The notes below the pieces were generated by a model. That model searched no databases. It saw nothing but the letters and a program-made list of their open reading frames with translations, and was not told the origin of the DNA. Below, piece after piece: positions 18,200-23,035 of a stretch of DNA of 23,035 nucleotides. A program made the translations under genes and the position numbers. Location: NCBI GenBank assembly GCA_964636085.1, contig CAZWPQ010000022.1:11323-34357 (forward strand). Direction: 5' to 3'. This DNA is from an uncultured Nitrososphaerota archaeon (GTDB taxonomy: Archaea; Asgardarchaeota; Njordarchaeia; Njordarchaeales; Panguiarchaeaceae). Numbering within the stretch: the stretch's first letter is position 1; every line of letters starts with the position of its first letter.

Positions 18200-21100
18200 T
18201 TAGATCAACGTTCCTCTCTCCCCAGACAAAATTTTTAATGCTTTCGACGCAAGATATGGGATCACAAAAATTATTATCATGGGTATGACGACTACTAAAC
18301 CTATAGCATAGTATTGCAGAAGCTTTGTAGTAGTTATTATCGTGGCTCCAATTATAACGAGAAATACTAAGAATTTTGTCCTAATTGAATCCGTAAGTTT
18401 GGTGATGTTGTATTCTTTTTCTTTAGTTATGACTTGTTCGGCTGTCTCATGCTCTCTCATATACTTAACTTTGTTGACTACTTTGTTGCTTTCTCTATAT
18501 ATGTTAATGACGATGACCACGTACGAGCCAATGTAGGTTCCAAGGATGCTTAGAAGTAGTTTTGGGAATGAGTACCCCCCAATTGATATTATGTCCTCAA
18601 CAATGTGTACGTAGAACCATTCTATATGACTACCAATGTAGAATATCATGTATAGAAGGACTGGTACCAATAGTAGGTGCCATAAGCCTAGAAGCATACC
18701 GCTTTTATGGAACCTTTCCAGTAGGATGTTTTTGTTGATGTCTCTGTATATCCATAGTGCTGAGAGTAGTATTGTGAGTAGTAGACATAGAACTATACCT
18801 AGCAATGCGGCCCCATGATGATCTAGGCTATATTGGCTATACGAATAGAACATCGAAATGCCAAGCATAACGAGAACGGCTATATAGAGTTTATTCATAA
18901 TCTTTATACTTTTTCCTACAGCCTCTTCTTTTTTCATTCTAAGGATCCTGGTAAGTCTATAGTACATGAGCAATCCTACGATCGATATTATAAAGGATAT
19001 TGCCAGCAGTGCGATGAAGTCCCTATACGTTATGCTTAGCTCAGGAAGTTTTACATCAACATAGATACGTATCGTGTATGTCTTTTGAATATAGTTTTGT
19101 CCTGTTACAATAACCTTTAGGTCGTAGTATCCGTGATGTAGGCCATACAGGGATATATTCGCATAGTACAATCCAGCCTCTTCATCAGACTCCCAAGCTT
19201 CGTATGTTCTATTTGCAAGCGAAACAAGTACGTTTAATCCAGTTGCAGGGTAATCATATTTATCACTTACCGCGATCTCGGCGAGCCGGTATGTATCCTG
19301 TACTATTGCCCCCTCGCCCATGTATAAGTCAACTCTCGGATAACCGAGTATATATAGACTCAAATTCTTCTCGATTAAACCTATAATTGGATGTGATATG
19401 GAAATAAAGCACTTGTGAACGCCCGCATGTACATTTTCCGAGGATATCATCGCTGAATATGTGCCGTTATTGTAGGAATAAAATCCATAAAATCTGCCAT
19501 AGAATAGTGCTGAAACGGTAGCATCGATAAGTGGATATCCATATCCATCAAATAGATTGACCCTCACTGGTATATTCTCGCCCTGGACCACAGCGCTTTC
19601 CCTATCTAGTCCCCTACCAGTTATTTCTACATTTACTTCTCCCGTTACAAGAATGTTTATTGTTTCTAATTTTGGCTCCGCATATGGGTTGTATATCTCT
19701 AGTATGGCTTGGTATTCTCCTATTGGTAATATGGAAGTATCGATCTGTATAGCATATGTATTATTGCCCAAGTTTTGAGCTATTAATGTTTCTCCATTAA
19801 ATATCAAGTATACCTCGTTGTTATATACCGGGTTTAAGTTTTCATCGTACACATCTATTATAACTATGAGGTGCTCCCCCTGGCTAACAATATAGGGATA
19901 CGAGACAATAGGCTCTAGCTTTCCATATACAATTATTGAATATCTGTATTCCCGAGCATGATATCTAGTGTGCGAAAAGGAAATACTTATGTTCACGATA
20001 CCTATACCCCAATTATTGACAGGGATATCCAATTTATACATGCCATGGCCTATGTTTAGGAGAACATATGTGAAGGAGCCTACTCTTGATGTAACATTTA
20101 ACAAACATTGTGCATCCTCGATTGGTTTTCCAAAAAAGTCGATTGCTGAGACGTTTATCCTCAAGGTTTGATCCTGCATTAAGGAATGAGATGATAGGTT
20201 AATATCGATTAAGGGAATGTAGTATGTTGCGATATCGATCATATAATATAGGTCTATGGAGTAACCTCCCGTTTCCTCCTCCCTATAGAAAAGCCCGATT
20301 ATACCTTTGTATTGCGATTCGGGAATCATATAAAGTGGTTTATAATCTATGACTAGGCCCTTAAGGTCGAATCCTCTTATTTGCTGCCCTAGGGGATCAA
20401 TAATTATCAGTGTGGATGTAGTCTCATAACGCAACATTGTTGCTAATTCTTCTTCTCCATCATCGTTCCAGTCAAATTTATGGACGAATTCAAACTGCGT
20501 TCCAATGTTCTTCTTAAAGATCCTTGAGAATGTCCCATTATAGATTATAATATTATAGTCCATATCGCATATAACTATGTCTTCTAGTCCATCCTCATCA
20601 AAATCAAATGCCCCTTTGAGCTCTATATTGTTCTGCATAAGTTGACTAGTGACAGATCTATCTGCTAGATCATAAATAAGTATGCTCCTCTCTTCATATG
20701 CCCCCTCCGAGTATATGAGTAGTTCATTGCTATTCAAAAAAGACCCGTATTTTACCTCTCCTCGATAGCCAGTATTTATTTCTCCCATCAAGGAAAAATT
20801 CTCTATAATGATGTCAAAATATTCTTGAATTCCTTCAACAACATTGTAGATCATTATATAGATACCCGTAAAGTTGCTCGTCAGAATCGCCAGCTCACCA
20901 AGAATATCTTCTCGGTCTATGCAAATGACATAGTCTACAGAGTCAATGTTCACAATCATTGTACCATTCGAATAGAATACGCCATTCTCTGTACCTATGA
21001 TTACCTCAAGTCTATGCTCTAAGGTCGCAAACCCCAAAGAAGTAATATTCCCAACTCCCGTAATCTCATATGATTCTATGATAGGTGTAGTGTTTGTTCC

Positions 21101-22945
21101 ATAAACATATATAAGCTCGACAGATGATTCATTTTCTAACACACCAATTATGTCTGGATAGCCATCATAGTTTATATCTGCAGTCTTGAATAAAGACCTT
21201 GTCATATTATAGAATTTGTGAATATACATAAATTCCAAACTCCAGCAATCATTAAGCCCTAGAATTGATATATTAAGAACATCATTTTCATAGATCAATA
21301 TGACCGTCTCATCATAACCATCACCATCCATATCGAGAATATCAAGATAGTAAGTATAGAATGATACATTCGAGCTTATTTGGACATCTTCATACACAAC
21401 ACCATGTATATTGAAAAGAACTACCTTGGATCCATTAAGCGATGCTGTATTGCCAAAAGAATCCTTTACTGTCACGTTTACTACGTAAGATCCATACATT
21501 AGGCCTGTGATAAATGTTTCCCATACATATATGTTACCTATAACTTCCTTTGGGAATAGTGGCCAGTCTGTATAGAAAGGAGAACCGAGGCCATAAATAA
21601 GGGCATACGCAGAAATAAGTGTTGAATTATCGGCCGTTATTACATTGATTGTAATAGCATCATCCGTAGTTGCATCCATAGGATTCACGTCTATGTATAT
21701 TATCTCTGGTGGTGTGGCATCAGCAATATATGTCCTTACATCTCTAGTCGACACAAAACAAACATCATTTCTGTTGTCTTTATTATGGTCATAAGTGAAT
21801 GCATAAATAGCTGAGTAGTAGGGATAATTGGTTTCCATTACCTCAAAGAACGGCTGTATTGAGTAGCAGTATATACTTTGCTCGGATATTATCAGTGCTG
21901 CTGGTGTTGTGAAGTTTGTATACCCACTAGCCAAGAATAGAAAATACGTAATTTCGACATCAGATATGATTTCTGAATCAAAATACATGCCTCTCCAGTC
22001 AATAGAGACTCTGTAGAGGTTACTCTTATCTGTTATTAAGATGAAGATAAATTCAAATCTGTCATTATCCACAGAATAATAGTAATTATTTAACATGGGA
22101 ATGTTCTGGTCTATGTCGCCCTCAGTAACCAAAAGTGTGTCCCTAATTTCTATATTTTCCCTACCCTGTATTAGGAATAATACGTCATTTCCTATGTTGT
22201 TCTCCCCCATGGCTACAATATCACTATACCCATCAAAATTATAGTCGTCAGAATAGAGTCCATATGGCAGATCTATGTTGAGGGAGATATTTCCTAGTAT
22301 TGAATAGTTAAAGCCGCTATAGGCGATTACATGAGATTCTAGCGCAGTTTGGCTTAGGACAATAATGTCATTAAAACCATCACAATTAATATCTCCAAAG
22401 GCTACATTAGAAATGGCTTCTCCAACATCTATGACTTGTATGATAAAGCATAATGTAGTATCTATCACATAGATATAGCTACTCGCAATAACGATGATCT
22501 CTGAAATTCCATCCATATTTAAATCATGGCTGGCTATTTCCGTACCCGTAACATAAACACTGCCCTCTAGAGCACCATTCTCATCATATATGGATAGCAG
22601 TGTAGAATTGAAAAATGCGACCTCATCATAACTGTCTATGTCATAGTTGCCTATATCTAAGGAATTGCCATAATATGTATATCCAACATCGAGGGATAGG
22701 TATACTAGCTGACCTTCAAGATCGACGAATGATAGATAGTATTTGGAGTCTGTATCATTATAACTTACGACAACAAGGACATCTCCCCTAGAAAATCTTG
22801 CATATCGACCATCACATATCCATCCAAGATCGGTTAAATCAGAAACAATGTGCTCTGAACTAAATACCGAAGCAGATGGTGGGGTTGGTGGTGTGCCATT
22901 TAATCCGCTTTGATATCTAGAATTTCCTACATCCAGATGATCCAT
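18200..22945 (-). CDS. Giant membrane protein: two FG-GAP/VCBS beta-propellers, five Ig-like domains and a C-terminal 7-TM domain; probably 5'-truncated
   Basis: FG-GAP Ca-loops GNYDIDSYDEV, HDLNMDGISEII, GDINCDGFNDII, DDYNFDGYSDIV, YDHNKDNRNDV (propeller 1) and LDMDGDGYDETV, ADINYDGYPDII, FDFDEDGLEDIV, FDWNDDGEEELA (propeller 2). One Ig-like domain lies between the propellers and four after them (D..G.P..DA.V...G.Y...I....L..G.Y). Seven hydrophobic helices at about 19020-18200. No signal peptide is visible and the frame stays open upstream into the terminal foldback. Confidence 0.88.
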   Translation of the reverse strand: MDHLDVGNSRYQSGLNGTPPTPPSASVFSSEHIVSDLTDLGWICDGRYARFSRGDVLVVVSYNDTDSKYYLSFVDLEGQLVYLSLDVGYTYYGNSLDIGNYDIDSYDEVAFFNSTLLSIYDENGALEGSVYVTGTEIASHDLNMDGISEIIVIASSYIYVIDTTLCFIIQVIDVGEAISNVAFGDINCDGFNDIIVLSQTALESHVIAYSGFNYSILGNISLNIDLPYGLYSDDYNFDGYSDIVAMGENNIGNDVLFLIQGRENIEIRDTLLVTEGDIDQNIPMLNNYYYSVDNDRFEFIFILITDKSNLYRVSIDWRGMYFDSEIISDVEITYFLFLASGYTNFTTPAALIISEQSIYCYSIQPFFEVMETNYPYYSAIYAFTYDHNKDNRNDVCFVSTRDVRTYIADATPPEIIYIDVNPMDATTDDAITINVITADNSTLISAYALIYGLGSPFYTDWPLFPKEVIGNIYVWETFITGLMYGSYVVNVTVKDSFGNTASLNGSKVVLFNIHGVVYEDVQISSNVSFYTYYLDILDMDGDGYDETVILIYENDVLNISILGLNDCWSLEFMYIHKFYNMTRSLFKTADINYDGYPDIIGVLENESSVELIYVYGTNTTPIIESYEITGVGNITSLGFATLEHRLEVIIGTENGVFYSNGTMIVNIDSVDYVICIDREDILGELAILTSNFTGIYIMIYNVVEGIQEYFDIIIENFSLMGEINTGYRGEVKYGSFLNSNELLIYSEGAYEERSILIYDLADRSVTSQLMQNNIELKGAFDFDEDGLEDIVICDMDYNIIIYNGTFSRIFKKNIGTQFEFVHKFDWNDDGEEELATMLRYETTSTLIIIDPLGQQIRGFDLKGLVIDYKPLYMIPESQYKGIIGLFYREEETGGYSIDLYYMIDIATYYIPLIDINLSSHSLMQDQTLRINVSAIDFFGKPIEDAQCLLNVTSRVGSFTYVLLNIGHGMYKLDIPVNNWGIGIVNISISFSHTRYHAREYRYSIIVYGKLEPIVSYPYIVSQGEHLIVIIDVYDENLNPVYNNEVYLIFNGETLIAQNLGNNTYAIQIDTSILPIGEYQAILEIYNPYAEPKLETINILVTGEVNVEITGRGLDRESAVVQGENIPVRVNLFDGYGYPLIDATVSALFYGRFYGFYSYNNGTYSAMISSENVHAGVHKCFISISHPIIGLIEKNLSLYILGYPRVDLYMGEGAIVQDTYRLAEIAVSDKYDYPATGLNVLVSLANRTYEAWESDEEAGLYYANISLYGLHHGYYDLKVIVTGQNYIQKTYTIRIYVDVKLPELSITYRDFIALLAISFIISIVGLLMYYRLTRILRMKKEEAVGKSIKIMNKLYIAVLVMLGISMFYSYSQYSLDHHGAALLGIVLCLLLTILLSALWIYRDINKNILLERFHKSGMLLGLWHLLLVPVLLYMIFYIGSHIEWFYVHIVEDIISIGGYSFPKLLLSILGTYIGSYVVIVINIYRESNKVVNKVKYMREHETAEQVITKEKEYNITKLTDSIRTKFLVFLVIIGATIITTTKLLQYYAIGLVVVIPMIIIFVIPYLASKALKILSGERGTLI

Positions 22946-23035
22946 ATTATGTAGTCCGCTGGTAGATCCGATGGAAGAACCTACCAGCGGACTACATAAT
23001 ATGGATCATCTGGATGTAGGAAATTCTAGATATCA
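22911..23035. repeat. Terminal perfect inverted repeat (55-bp arms, 15-bp loop), most likely an assembly/foldback artefact
   Basis: 22911-22965 is the exact reverse complement of 22981-23035; the loop is atccgatggaagaac. Confidence 0.9.

Noticed and set aside
18200-19020. Microbial rhodopsin assignment for the 7-TM domain
   Set aside because: No retinal-binding Lys motif (DxxxK) in TM7 and no RYxDW-type motif in TM3.
22911-23035. Covalently closed hairpin telomere of a linear replicon
   Set aside because: The arm length equals the 55-bp repeat at the other end, it interrupts a coding gene, and no protelomerase or replication genes are present; an artefact is more parsimonious.

Overview
AT-rich, archaeal-looking 23-kb sequence that appears to be a whole assembled contig: both ends terminate in exact 55-bp repeats, which suggests k=55 de Bruijn breakpoints. 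It has GGAGG/GGTG-type SD motifs, TATA-like boxes, T-tract terminators and surface proteins dense in N-x-S/T sequons. The protein repertoire (PCI-like domain, stand-alone WD40, giant NosD/Ig and FG-GAP surface proteins) is suggestive of an Asgard-like archaeon, but that is inference. No rRNA, tRNA, CRISPR array or transposase was recognised. Contents in order: C-terminal end of a TSP3/DxDxDG-repeat anchored protein; a membrane-tethered Ig/cohesin-like + metzincin protease; two membrane proteins; a single-chain wHTH-wHTH-(AbiEi-like)-DUF6036/AbiEii-type nucleotidyltransferase-HTH fusion with a palindrome over its putative TATA box; a 7-blade WD40 protein; a decayed paralogue of the 332-aa membrane protein; a hexapeptide-repeat acyltransferase; a 2-kaa beta-helix/Ig surface protein; a cytoplasmic Ig-PCI-Ser/Thr kinase; an ATP-cone protein; and a >1580-aa protein with two FG-GAP propellers, five Ig-like domains and a C-terminal 7-TM bundle of GPCR-like topology. 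The last gene, the PCI-kinase and the fused AbiE-like gene are the best candidates for novel biology.
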